Assembly: GCA_046090895.1 (NCBI GenBank)
Contig: JBJTAS010000023.1
Span: 6,914-70,913, forward strand
DNA length: 64,000 nt
Origin: Oxalobacteraceae bacterium
Lineage (GTDB): Bacteria; Pseudomonadota; Gammaproteobacteria; Burkholderiales; Burkholderiaceae_D
Direction of reading: 5' to 3'
In this document: in pieces, positions 51,203 through 61,249 of the stretch
How the letters are laid out: every line of letters begins with the position of its first letter
How positions within the stretch are numbered: the stretch's first letter is position 1
Position numbers and translations under genes: made by a program
Notes under the pieces: generated by a model
What the model was told of the DNA's origin: nothing
The model's input: the letters and a program-made list of their open reading frames with translations, nothing else
The model's database searches: none

Positions 51203-52249
51203 TCAATGAGAGTGCCGGTGATGAATATCCGGATAGTGAGGATGCTTGTGCCTGACGGGTTCGTGCCGATGAGCATGCGTATGCGGCTCAGTGCCATCCC
51301 AGCCGATCTCATGGTCATGCTGGTGATGCTCATCATGCGTGTGTCTGTGCGTGTGTTCTAGCAGCTCGTGCGTGTGTTCATGATCGTGCGTTTCGGTCAG
51401 GTGTAGCCATACGCCGAGGGCCATCAGCGCGCCCGCTGGCCAGAAATGGGTGCTCGCCGCATCGCCCATCAGCAGCGCCAGCGCAGCGCCGATAAAAGGC
51501 GCCGTTGAAAAATAAGCACCGGTGCGAGCGGTACCCAGACCGCGCAGCGCGAGCACGAACAACACCAGGCTGGCGCCATAACCCAGCAAGCCGATGCCCA
51601 TCGTGGCAAGCGCGGTGAGTGCCGCAGGCCAGTGCAAGCCCAGCGCCAACGCGAATGCGCAGTTGACCGAGCCCGCGACCAGTCCTTTGACCGAGGCGAT
51701 AAACATCGCATCTGAGCTGGACACCTTGCGCGTGAGATTATTGTCAATCGCCCAGCACAGACAGGCGAGCGCAATGGCCAACGATCCTTGCCACTCATGA
51801 TTCACCGCCGATGCGTCGGGTAATGACAGCAGTACGCCACCCACGACGATGGCCAGCATGCCGATAATCACGCGACGATGCGTGTGCTCTCGAAACGCCA
51901 TCCAGGCCAGCAGCGCGGTCAGGACCGCTTCCAGATTAAGTAGCAGCGACGCAGTGGAAGCGGATGTTGACTGCAATCCGATCATCAGCAGCACTGGCCC
52001 GAGCATGCCGCCGAACACAATGGCCGACAGCAGCCAGCGCCAGTCGCCTGTGCCCAGTCCGGACGACGACCACCCGCGATCGCGGATCAAGCGTGCTATG
52101 CCCAGCCCGACGCCGCTGCCCAAATAAAGTAGTCCACCCAGCAGCAGCGGCGGCACCTCGTTAACCAACAGCTTGGCCAGCGGTGTGCTGGCGCCAAACA
52201 GCGCAGCAGCCAGCAAGGCATGGATTACCTGAGGATGAAATGCAGACAT
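51203..52249 (-). CDS. DMT/EamA transporter with His-rich C-terminal tail
   Basis: ALFGASTP, WAIDNNLTR, GTARTGAYFS; tail HDHEHTH...HHRHSH. Confidence 0.88.
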   Translation of the reverse strand: MSAFHPQVIHALLAAALFGASTPLAKLLVNEVPPLLLGGLLYLGSGVGLGIARLIRDRGWSSSGLGTGDWRWLLSAIVFGGMLGPVLLMIGLQSTSASTASLLLNLEAVLTALLAWMAFREHTHRRVIIGMLAIVVGGVLLSLPDASAVNHEWQGSLAIALACLCWAIDNNLTRKVSSSDAMFIASVKGLVAGSVNCAFALALGLHWPAALTALATMGIGLLGYGASLVLFVLALRGLGTARTGAYFSTAPFIGAALALLMGDAASTHFWPAGALMALGVWLHLTETHDHEHTHELLEHTHRHTHDEHHQHDHEIGWDGTEPHTHAHRHEPVRHKHPHYPDIHHRHSH

Positions 52250-52291
52250 GCGCGCATTGTAGTGAGGTATCGCCTGCGATGCGACCGCGCC

Positions 52292-53467
52292 TCAGGCGTT
52301 GGCCCCAGAGGCGTTGAGCTGGCGGGCGAGCCAGACCAAGGCCATCCCCGTCAGCAGCACGGGCACGACCGAGCCTATGTTCAGCCAGTTCCAGCCCTGT
52401 GTGGTCAGCAGCGCACCGGAGGCGAAAGAGCTCAGAGACATCACGGCAAACACGCAAAAATTGAGCGCGGCCTGTGCGCGGTCTTTTTCTGCCGGTCGGT
52501 AGGCATCCAACGACAAGGTGGTGCTCCCCGTGAAAAGAAAATTCCAGCCCACGCCCAGCAGGAACAAGGCCGCTACGAAGTGATGCAGGTCATTGCCCCG
52601 GATGGCGATGAGGATACAGGCGAGATTCAGCAGCACACCCACGCCCATGATCGTGAGCACGCCAAAGCGCCGGATCAATGAGCCAGTGATAAACCCCGGT
52701 GCGAACATGCCGATCACATGCCACTCCAACACGAAGGCGGTGTCACTGAAAGGCATGCCACAGACTTGCATGGCCAGTGGCGTCGCCGCCATCAGCAGAT
52801 TCATTACGCCATAGCTGATGGAAGCCGCCAGTGCTGACACCATGAACACGGGCTGAGTCATGATGTCCCTCAGGGGTCGCCCCTGACCGGCATGCGAGGT
52901 TTTTTCAGGGACGGGCGGAAAATCGATCTGCGAAATCAGTACCAGCGCGATGATCGCCAGCGCGCCCAGCGCGAGATACGCGCCGGCAAAGGGCATGGCC
53001 AGTAGGGTCTTGCTGTGGTTGGCCAGATTGGGTCCGATCACCGCGCCGATCAGTCCACCGGCCATCACCAGCGAGACGGCTTTCTCGCGATAGCTGCCAT
53101 CGCTCAGTTCGGCGGCGGCAAAGCGGTAGAGATGGCCGTTCGCGCTGTAATAGCCTGCCACTACGGTCGTGCTTACCAGTAGCCAGAACCATTGCTGCTC
53201 AACGGCCAGTAGGCCCAGACAAGCGGACAGCAGCGCCACGAGCAGACCCAACTGAAACGACACCTTGCGCCCCCAGCGTTGCTGCGACGCTGCCACCAGT
53301 CCGGTACTGAGCGCGCCGCCCACCACATAGCCCATGACAGGCAGTGTCGCCATCCATGGATAGGGCGCAAGACTCAGACCGACAAGACCATTGATGGCGA
53401 TGAAGGTGACATTATTCGCCAGGAAAAGCCCTTGAGCGATCGCGAGCAGCCAGAGGTTTTTGTTCAT
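52292..53467 (-). CDS. MFS transporter
   Basis: About 12 TMs; YRFAAAE, WHVIGMFAP, GVGWNF. Confidence 0.88.
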   Translation of the reverse strand: MNKNLWLLAIAQGLFLANNVTFIAINGLVGLSLAPYPWMATLPVMGYVVGGALSTGLVAASQQRWGRKVSFQLGLLVALLSACLGLLAVEQQWFWLLVSTTVVAGYYSANGHLYRFAAAELSDGSYREKAVSLVMAGGLIGAVIGPNLANHSKTLLAMPFAGAYLALGALAIIALVLISQIDFPPVPEKTSHAGQGRPLRDIMTQPVFMVSALAASISYGVMNLLMAATPLAMQVCGMPFSDTAFVLEWHVIGMFAPGFITGSLIRRFGVLTIMGVGVLLNLACILIAIRGNDLHHFVAALFLLGVGWNFLFTGSTTLSLDAYRPAEKDRAQAALNFCVFAVMSLSSFASGALLTTQGWNWLNIGSVVPVLLTGMALVWLARQLNASGANA

Positions 53468-53699
53468 TGTTATCTACCCTGTGGGGCGTTGGGCCCGGTG
53501 ATCGCTGCCACGGGCGGCGGGGTCACTGCCGGCCCAGGGCCACCCGTAAAACAAGATTCTACCGGCCATGATCTCTGTCGTCGGATCAGGTGCCCCTGGC
53601 CCTACCTTACCCCGCACCGAAGCACGGATCGGTCATCGTGCCTGAAGCCTTTCTCGAGCTCCATTAAAATCAGGTGAAACCACGGGGCTTGCCGAACAG

Positions 53700-54305
53700 A
53701 TGTTGAAAAGATCCCTCATCCTGCTGCTGAGCGTCTGCGCCATTGCGCGGGCGGAGACGTTTCTGGGTATGGAGCCGCTTGAGCCGCTCAGCAGCATCAA
53801 GCAGCGCTATACCGCCGCCCGTCTCAGCCCGGAACCGGCTGACTGGCTCAAGCCTAATCAATACTTTGTCCGGCTGACGACCGATGAAGTCAGTGGCTCC
53901 CTGCTGCTCTTGTTCGAGCATGATGATGACGCGCGCAAAAAAAAGCTCGCCGAGCTGGAGAAAGCCGTCGCCAACCTTCCACCGAATGCCCACGCTCGCT
54001 CCACGCGGTTATTGATACGTCAGCAGAAGGAGCATCTTGGCAAACCGCTGGATAACCGGCTGGCGCTCATCCTGATCCGATGGATACCCGAACAGGCGGT
54101 TGCTGTGAGCGAACTGACATCCCGCTACGGTAAGCCCGACGAGAAGCGTTCTGGCGACGCCAGCCGCGGCCCTACCTTCGTGTGGAGCCAGGGCGTGACT
54201 GCCCACATGAGCGATGACAAAAAATCTGTGCGGATGATTGAATACTGGTTTACTGAAGATGATCTCGCCGTGTATTTCTTGCGCCGGACTACGGCACCAC
54301 GCTGA
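53700..54305 (+). CDS. Hypothetical exported protein
   Basis: Signal peptide, 201 aa, fills the gap before the SDR gene. Confidence 0.6.
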   Translation: MLKRSLILLLSVCAIARAETFLGMEPLEPLSSIKQRYTAARLSPEPADWLKPNQYFVRLTTDEVSGSLLLLFEHDDDARKKKLAELEKAVANLPPNAHARSTRLLIRQQKEHLGKPLDNRLALILIRWIPEQAVAVSELTSRYGKPDEKRSGDASRGPTFVWSQGVTAHMSDDKKSVRMIEYWFTEDDLAVYFLRRTTAPR

Positions 54306-54323
54306 TTCATTGATGGTGCATTC

Positions 54324-55019
54324 ATGAACAGCCTGCCGGATGGTTATCGCGCGCTAGTTTTTGGTGACACCGGTGCGCTCGGCCAAGCATTTTGCGGCGC
54401 GCTGCGTTCCGACTCGCGCTGTGCCTCCGTAAAAACCTTCTCCCGGGGTGGGGTGCCGTCACTGACACTCGATGATCCGCAGAGTGTGCAAATCTGCGCA
54501 CACAGCATGGCTGATGATGGACCGATTCATTTGTTCATCGATGCAACGGGCGCGCTGATCATTGATCACACCGGACCAGAAAAACGGCTGGACGATATTG
54601 ACGCACTGCATTTACAAAGAGCCATGCAGGTAAATGCAATCGGGCCAGCCTTGCTGCTCAAATATTTTTCGCCTTTGCTGGCCACTGGCGAGCGAGTGAT
54701 CTGGGCCAAGTTGTCCGCACGTGTCGGCAGCATCGAAGACAATCGAAAGGGCGGATGGTATGGCTACCGAGCCTCGAAAGCGGCATTGAACATGTTCCTG
54801 CAAACGGCAGCTATCGAGATTGCCCGTCGGCGTCCGCAAGCCGTGATCGCTGCGCTGCAGCCCGGCACGGTGCGCTCTGGTTTGAGTCGGCCATTTGTCG
54901 GGGAAGAAGGTATGGATCCCGAGACCGCGGCACGCAAGCTCTTGCAAGTGATTGATGCTTTACAGCCCACCGGGCGCGCGCATTTCGTCGATCATGAAGG
55001 GCAGGTCATTCCATGGTGA
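54324..55019 (+). CDS. Short-chain dehydrogenase, CsgA/C-factor-like
   Basis: GDTGALG, PEK, SARVGSIEDN..GGWYGYRASKAALN, PGTV. Confidence 0.88.
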   Translation: MNSLPDGYRALVFGDTGALGQAFCGALRSDSRCASVKTFSRGGVPSLTLDDPQSVQICAHSMADDGPIHLFIDATGALIIDHTGPEKRLDDIDALHLQRAMQVNAIGPALLLKYFSPLLATGERVIWAKLSARVGSIEDNRKGGWYGYRASKAALNMFLQTAAIEIARRRPQAVIAALQPGTVRSGLSRPFVGEEGMDPETAARKLLQVIDALQPTGRAHFVDHEGQVIPW

Positions 55020-55050
55020 TTGCTGTGATCATCCACACAGGCTGACGCTG

Positions 55051-55404
55051 ATGGGTGGACGTATCCGACGCAAGCAACTGGACGAGCACCTGTCCTCAAT
55101 CAGCTCTCGGCTGTTGGAAACATCCGTCTGCCCGTTATGCGAGAGACCCATCCCCGACGCTCTGAAAGATGCGCATCATCTGGTGCCGAAATCCCGGGGC
55201 GGCACACAAACAGAATTTCTGCATCGCATCTGCCACCGCCAGATCCACGCGCTGCTCACCGAGACCGAGCTGGCAAGACAGTACAACACCGTCGAGGCCT
55301 TGCTGGCACACCCTGAGATCGCGAGCTTTGTCCAATGGGTGCGGCGCAAGCCGGCGGATTTTTCCGAGCGCTCGCGCAAGAGCAAGCGATTGCGCCAGCG
55401 CTGA
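55051..55404 (+). CDS. Small HNH endonuclease family protein
   Basis: CPLCER...HHLVPKSRGG...HRICHRQIH. Confidence 0.8.
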   Translation: MGGRIRRKQLDEHLSSISSRLLETSVCPLCERPIPDALKDAHHLVPKSRGGTQTEFLHRICHRQIHALLTETELARQYNTVEALLAHPEIASFVQWVRRKPADFSERSRKSKRLRQR

Positions 55405-55681
55405 GCGGGCAGCCCCCCGACATCATCCCGCGCTTGGCCGGCGCTTTGCGTCGTGGCCTGGTGAATTATTAATGGAATTGAAATGACTTGTTCATCTGCG
55501 CTGGTCAGACGATGTGACTTTCATGGATACGCCCGTTTGATTATGGTTAAACGATTTCTGCTGTGCCGCATCAGAATGAACATTCGCTCACGGGATACGC
55601 AAGTGATTACCAAGTCTCGGGTTGTTTGCGCTGCAAAAGTCGCCTCACGTCGAGCGACTGTTCTCAGACAGGTCTTTCGAC

Positions 55682-55699
55682 GTAGTATCACGCTACTAC
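55682..55699. promoter_or_regulatory. Palindromic operator upstream of the glyoxalase-GMC operon
   Basis: GTAGTA-TCACGC-TACTAC, about 55 bp before ATG 55756. Confidence 0.55.
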
Positions 55700-55755
55700 C
55701 ACGCCGGTTTTCGGCGCACACATAATGATCTGGGAATGTTTACCCAGATAACGGC

Positions 55756-56151
55756 ATGCCAAAAATTATTCACGTGATGATCCGGGTCTTTGACCCGGAG
55801 CGCTCGATCCGATTTTATTCGGAGGGCTTTGGTTTTTCGGTCAGCCACCGCTTGGATTTTGATGATTTTTCATTGATCTATCTTCGAAACCCAGAGAATG
55901 ACTTCGAAATTGAACTGACGCACAACAAAGGCCGTTCAGAGCCTTACACACATGGCGATGGCTACGGGCACTATGCTTTTGTGACGGATGATCTGGACGC
56001 TCTGCACGGCAAATTCGAGCAACTGGGCTATGCACCGCTGCCGATCAAAGAATTCAAGCGAGACGAAGAGCTTTTGGCCCGCTTCTTCTTTGTACAAGAT
56101 CCTGATGGCTACAAAATCGAAATACTGCACCGTGCAGGGCACTACCAGTAG
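55756..56151 (+). CDS. VOC family (lactoylglutathione lyase-like) protein
   Basis: IHVMIRV, IELTHN, GDGYGH, DPDGYKIE. Confidence 0.9.
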   Translation: MPKIIHVMIRVFDPERSIRFYSEGFGFSVSHRLDFDDFSLIYLRNPENDFEIELTHNKGRSEPYTHGDGYGHYAFVTDDLDALHGKFEQLGYAPLPIKEFKRDEELLARFFFVQDPDGYKIEILHRAGHYQ

Positions 56152-56221
56152 TTAGCGACAAACCGACAAAAACAAAAGCCTGTGCCAGGGCCAGATCAAT
56201 AAATAAAACGAGGAGGCAAGC

Positions 56222-56758
56222 ATGTACAAACCTGCAGAACCAAAACGCCGGCAGTTTTTCAAGATCGCCACTGCCGGTACCGTCGCGTCCGCAGCAGGCG
56301 GATTTCCGATGATGTTCGTTCCCAACGCCGCGCTGGCCGAAGAGGCACTGGGAACAGACACCTTCAACACGCTGGTGAAAATCGCACGCGATATTTTTCC
56401 TCATGACCGTTTTGGTGATGATCTCTACAAGAACGCCGTCGGCGTCTATGGCGAGCAGGCGAAGTCGGATGAGGGTGTCCGCAAGCTCATCCAGGAGGGC
56501 GTTGCTCAGGCTGACACCATCGCCAAAAGCAAATTCAATGCGGCCTATGCGCAGGTATCCAACGAGCGAGACCGCGTCCATGTATTGCAATCGATCGAGA
56601 CGACACCGTTCTTCAAAAAGATTCGCGGTGATCTGGTCGTGAGCTTGTACAACCAGCCTGCAGTCTGGGCCAAACTGGGCTATCAGGGTCCTTCGGCGCA
56701 ACTCGGTGGTTATATCAATCGCGGATTCAACGACCAAAACTGGATGGACAAGCTCTGA
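56222..56758 (+). CDS. Tat-signal small subunit (gluconate 2-dehydrogenase subunit 3-like)
   Basis: KRRQFFK Tat motif; ARDIFPHD, W..LGYQGPS, GGYINRGFND. Confidence 0.8.
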   Translation: MYKPAEPKRRQFFKIATAGTVASAAGGFPMMFVPNAALAEEALGTDTFNTLVKIARDIFPHDRFGDDLYKNAVGVYGEQAKSDEGVRKLIQEGVAQADTIAKSKFNAAYAQVSNERDRVHVLQSIETTPFFKKIRGDLVVSLYNQPAVWAKLGYQGPSAQLGGYINRGFNDQNWMDKL

Positions 56759-56808
56759 TGTCCAGCGGGCTGACCAATAAAAAATTCTGAGGGATCGAGG
56801 AGACAAGC

Positions 56809-58376
56809 ATGGCCAAGAAATTTGACCTGAACGACGAAGTCGTCGTGATCATCGGATCGGGCGCAGGTGGAGGTACGCTGGGCAACGAACTCGCGCAAAA
56901 AGGTATCAACACCGTTATCCTGGAGGCTGGAAAGCGCCACGAAATCAGTGATTTCGAGAATGATTAGTGGCCAATGTTCAGCAAGATCTCATGGCTGGAC
57001 AAGCGCACCACGTCCGGTGCATGGCGCGTGTCGCAAGACTTCCCAAATCTTCCAGCATGGATCGTGAAAGCCGTTGGTGGCTCCACGGTGCACTGGGCAG
57101 GTACCTCGCTGCGTTTTCAGGAGCATGAATTCCGCGCTAGTACGGTCTACGGAAAAGTCTCTGGTGCGAATCTGCTTGACTGGCCGGTCACGCTGGCCGA
57201 GATGGCACCGTACTACGACAAGGCCGAGAAAAAATGGGTACGACGGGTACCAACGGTATTCCCCGGCTTCCCGGCAACAATAATTACAAGGTACTCGCCG
57301 CAGGTGCCCGCAAGATGGGCTACAAGCACTTCCATACCGGGAATATGTCGATCAACTCCAAGGCGCGCGATGGCCGTGGCTCGTGTCAGCAGATCGGTTT
57401 CTGCTTTCAGGGATGTAAGTCGGGTGCTAAATGGTCGACGCTGTACACCGAAATTCCCAAGGGCGAACGCACCGGGCACCTTGAGGTGCGCTCTGATGCC
57501 CAGGCACTGAAAATCGAACACGATGCCTCGGGCAAAGTTACTGGCGTGCTGTACGGTGATTCGAATGGCAACCAGTTCTTGCAGAAGGCGCGCGTGGTGT
57601 GCGTGGCGGGTAACTCGATCGAGTCGCCACGCTTACTGCTGAACTCGGCGTCGTCGATGTTCCCGAATGGTCTGGCAAATTCCTCGGGTCAGGTTGGACG
57701 CAACTATATGCGCCACATGACTGCCTCGGTCTACGCCATTTTTGAAAATCCCGTGCACATGTTCCGTGGCACCACCATGGCCGGCATTGTGAAGGATGAA
57801 TCGCGTCATGATCCCAAGCGCGGCTTTGTCGGGGGCTATGAAATGGAAACGCTGTCGCTAGGCGTTCCCTTCCTCGCTGCCTTCCTCAATCCGGGTGACT
57901 GGGGGCGCGATTTCTCGACTGCGATGGATGCCTACGACAACATGGCAGGTATGTGGTTGGTGGGCGAAGATATGCCGCAGGAATCCAATGCGATTTCGCT
58001 GCATGCGACTGAAAAAGATCAGTTTGGCCTGCCGATTCCGAACGTGCAATTCAGCGATCATCCGAACGACGGCGCGATGCGTCAGCACGGATTCAAGCAG
58101 GCGAAAGCACTGTATGAATCCGTGGGTGCGAAGCGGGTCATTTTTACGCCTCCCTACCCATCCACGCACAACCTGGGCACGAATCGCATGAGCGCCAAGG
58201 CCAAGGATGGTGTGGTAAACAAGTGGGGCCAGACGCACGATGTGAAGAACCTGTTCGTCTCCGATGGCAGCCAGTTCACCACGGGAGCTTCGGAGAACCC
58301 GACGCTCACCATCGTGGCACTGGCGATTCGACAGGCAGATTACATCTCGCGCAGCATGGCACGCAAGGAGCTGTAA
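56809..58376 (+). pseudogene. GMC family oxidoreductase, disrupted in this sequence (in-frame TAG and frameshift)
   Basis: IIGSGAGGG FAD motif from ATG 56809; TAG at 56965-56967; frameshift in the A-run near 57229-57234; CQQIGFCFQGC, HNLGT, NPTLT. Lesions may be sequencing errors. Confidence 0.8.
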
Positions 58377-58765
58377 TGACACGCGCCGGAATTTCCCATG
58401 TAGCCGGCGCGCTGGTGTTGCTTGCCTCGGGAGCGTTCACGCTCCCGGCGCAGGCCCAATCGGCCGATGGTGCCAAGCTGTTTGCTCAGCATTGCGCTGC
58501 CTGTCATCAGATCGCTGCTGATGCGCCACCGGGCATGGGCCCGAATTTGCGTGGCGTGGTCGGAAGGCAGGCGGGTCAGGTGAAGGGCTTTGCTTATTCA
58601 GCCGAGTTCAAAAAAGCACTCGCCAAAAAAAGCTGGACAGCAGATTTGCTGGATAAGTGGCTGGAAGAACCACAGAACGTGGCGCCTGGCACTTACATGA
58701 TGTACAAGCAAGCAGATCCGGCAATCCGCGCTGCCATTATCGAGTATCTGTCAACAGCCAAGTAA
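58376..58765 (+). CDS. Class I cytochrome c
   Basis: Signal peptide, CAACH, GPNL.GV.GR, PGTYM; TAATG overlap with GMC stop. Confidence 0.9.
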   Translation: MTRAGISHVAGALVLLASGAFTLPAQAQSADGAKLFAQHCAACHQIAADAPPGMGPNLRGVVGRQAGQVKGFAYSAEFKKALAKKSWTADLLDKWLEEPQNVAPGTYMMYKQADPAIRAAIIEYLSTAK

Positions 58766-58835
58766 CAAGGTGTTGTTGCGCGCCATGCGGGCTGTTCAAA
58801 TCAGTCTGGCGTGTAAGCTTCCGTAGAGGTTAACT

Positions 58836-59201
58836 ATGTGTGATATCTACACGAGTGCAGACCCCATTCATTATGAGCAGCGAACCCGGTCGTTGCGCAT
58901 TCGCGGTGCGGTCACTAGTATCCGGCTGGAGAATTTGTGCTGGGATGTGCTGGCCCGGATCGCCTCTAGAGATCAGGTCACGACCAATCAGCTGATCTGC
59001 AAGCTGTACGATGAGATTATCGAGCGCCAGGGCAAGGTCGATAATTTTTCCTCATTTTTGCGAGTCTCGTGCATGCGTTTCCTCTGTCTTGTCGCCGAAC
59101 AGCATGACAAGGATCATCTGATGATGAGTGATCTTGCGAAACCGCAGCGGCAGACGGCGCAGCTCAAGAGCATCGCCGGCGACAAATTGAGCACCGGCTA
59201 A
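58836..59201 (+). CDS. Ribbon-helix-helix domain regulator
   Basis: MCDIY...YEQRTRSLRIRGAVTSIRLE..CWDVL..IA, NFSSFLRVSC. Confidence 0.8.
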   Translation: MCDIYTSADPIHYEQRTRSLRIRGAVTSIRLENLCWDVLARIASRDQVTTNQLICKLYDEIIERQGKVDNFSSFLRVSCMRFLCLVAEQHDKDHLMMSDLAKPQRQTAQLKSIAGDKLSTG

Positions 59202-59252
59202 AACGCGGTTTTGTTCTGCGTTGAAACCGATGACCTGGTAGCCCCAGGTGGC

Positions 59253-60236
59253 TTATCGCATCAATGCTCGGATGTGAGATGGTATGCCGCTGGCCAGCCC
59301 CGGCAGATGATATCCGCCCTCCAGCACTGACACGATGCGTTCATGCCCGCTCTCGCGGGCGATAGTCTGCACCCGCGCCGTCAATGCGGCATAGCCTTGA
59401 TCGGTGATGTTGAAACAGCCTAAGGTATCGTCGATACGGCTGTCAAAGCCGGCAGAGATCAGGATGAAATCTGGTTGGAAGCGAAGCGCAGCGGGCATCA
59501 ACTGGGTGTCGAAGGCATCAATAATGTCGCTATCGCCGGCACCGCAATCCAGTGCCACATTGATGTTGTAGCCCAGGCCCGCGCCTTCGCCGCGACGTTG
59601 CGGATCGCCGGTGCGCGGATAAGACTCCAAGCGGTGTGTTGAGAAATACAAGACCGTGGGATCGTCATAAAAAAACGCTTCGGTGCCATCGCCATGATGA
59701 AAATCCCAATCGACAATCAGAATCTTTCGGTAGCCCAGGCGCCGTTGCAGATAGCGCGCCGCAATGGCCACATTGTTAAATAGGCAGAAACCCACCACTT
59801 CGCCCGCGTTGTGCGCATGATGCCCGGGCGGGCGTACCAGCACAAAACTGTTTCTGACCTTGCGGGCATGAACAGCGTCGCAAGCGGCTAGGGTACCGCC
59901 CACGCCTGCCCGCGCGTAGCGGTCGATCACGGGGCCATATTTGTCGCGAATGCCTCTGATGTGCGCGGGCGTATGCACCAGTCGCAACTCTTTATCGCTG
60001 ATGGGTTTGAGCGGGATACGATATAGCTCGCGGTCCAGCCCGGAGGAGGTGATCGCACTCCACGCCACTGCCAGCCGCACGGGTTGCTCCGGATGATCAG
60101 GTGGGAAAAACGACGTAAGAAAAATCTCGTCGAACACCAGCCCTGTTCGGCGCAGAGGGGTTGCATTGAGGGACTCGGCGCACAGCCCAGAGGCCATGAG
60201 TGCGCAGGCTCGCGAAAGAAACAATCGTCGGTTCAC
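59253..60236 (-). CDS. Histone deacetylase family amidohydrolase with Tat signal
   Basis: [34 protein letters not shown]; N-terminal NRRLFL. Confidence 0.9.
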   Translation of the reverse strand: MNRRLFLSRACALMASGLCAESLNATPLRRTGLVFDEIFLTSFFPPDHPEQPVRLAVAWSAITSSGLDRELYRIPLKPISDKELRLVHTPAHIRGIRDKYGPVIDRYARAGVGGTLAACDAVHARKVRNSFVLVRPPGHHAHNAGEVVGFCLFNNVAIAARYLQRRLGYRKILIVDWDFHHGDGTEAFFYDDPTVLYFSTHRLESYPRTGDPQRRGEGAGLGYNINVALDCGAGDSDIIDAFDTQLMPAALRFQPDFILISAGFDSRIDDTLGCFNITDQGYAALTARVQTIARESGHERIVSVLEGGYHLPGLASGIPSHIRALMR

Positions 60237-60326
60237 CGTTTTGCCTTTTTTGCCTTGCCGGAGAACGCTACTTTACCAAGACTTGGACGGGTCGCTAGGT
60301 GGTCTGCAGCGCTGCCCGACGAGTAC

Positions 60327-60629
60327 CTAATTCGCGTGAGTCGGTATGAACTGCTCGCTGGTGGTATTTTTCTCGTGGCCGGTTCTGAGCCAATAGGGAC
60401 ACACCTTACAAATCTTCGCGACGACTTCCATGTTGTGTGAATCGGGCAGCGCATCGCCGATAAGCCACTTGTAGACAGTCGATTGCGACACGTGAAGCCC
60501 GCTGCTGTGCTCAAGAAATGCTTTGAGCAGCTGCGTCGGACTGTTTGGGTTCAGTCCAGCCATTTTCAGACATGACTTGAGGCGCCTGGTGAATTCATCG
60601 CGCTCTCTGAAACTTAAGTGAGCAGCCAT
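60327..60629 (-). CDS. XRE/phage-repressor-like HTH protein
   Basis: F..RL...SPTQL...TVYKWLIGDALP...WLRTG. Confidence 0.75.
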   Translation of the reverse strand: MAAHLSFRERDEFTRRLKSCLKMAGLNPNSPTQLLKAFLEHSSGLHVSQSTVYKWLIGDALPDSHNMEVVAKICKVCPYWLRTGHEKNTTSEQFIPTHAN

Positions 60630-60910
60630 TCATTTCTCCGTCAGTTCTGGGTACTGCAAGTCTTTTGCGCAGTGGATCCCGGGTTGGAAACAACGCTTGC
60701 TGTGACAGTCGTGATCGGCACCCTGCTATCACAGGACGCGACCCGCGTGGGCAATCCAGGAGACGCGCGTTAGTTCGTTTGTGCCGAGGTGTTCAAGGAC
60801 CAGGCGCACACGGCTGTCGTGATGACGAGTGAGCATGCGATCAAAAGTGTGACCATCGTCTCGCACCCCGCCGAGCTCAAAGCCTAGTTTGTGAGCCGAA
60901 ACCCTGCGTA

Positions 60911-60938
60911 AGTGTAGTCAATGACCATATTTTGTCAA
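60911..60938 (-). promoter_or_regulatory. Sigma70-type promoter
   Basis: Minus strand TTGACA-N16-TACACT. Confidence 0.6.
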
Positions 60939-61249
60939 TCATTAATTTGGTCACTATGTAAATTTTCGAGAATTACCGTTGGATTATTTGCAAAATTATA
61001 TAAAATATCGGGGTCAAAGTTCTCAGATAGCTATCGATATGCTGGCCATGACGGGAGTGCCCTTACCTTTTATTGAACTACCCCGAGGGCAATGATCAAA
61101 CAGCGTCGGGTAGTTTTGCGAAATTCTGTCCCCGGAGTCAGGTCATCGCGAGTCAGTCATAGCGTCATCCAGCATTTCCCTGGCGAGGGCATAAATTTTT
61201 ACATTACAATACTCAACAAAACATAAACAATTTTTTCCTTATCCATGCA

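Noticed and set aside
55051-55404. HNH nuclease as a defence system or homing element
   Set aside because: Small stand-alone family member with no methylase, ATPase, intron or immunity gene nearby
56965-56967. Programmed TAG read-through or recoding in the GMC gene
   Set aside because: TAG ends other genes here (e.g. 16838, 56151), a separate frameshift lies downstream, and a single G-to-T change explains it
60327-60629. XRE gene as a prophage repressor
   Set aside because: No phage genes nearby and no S24 peptidase domain
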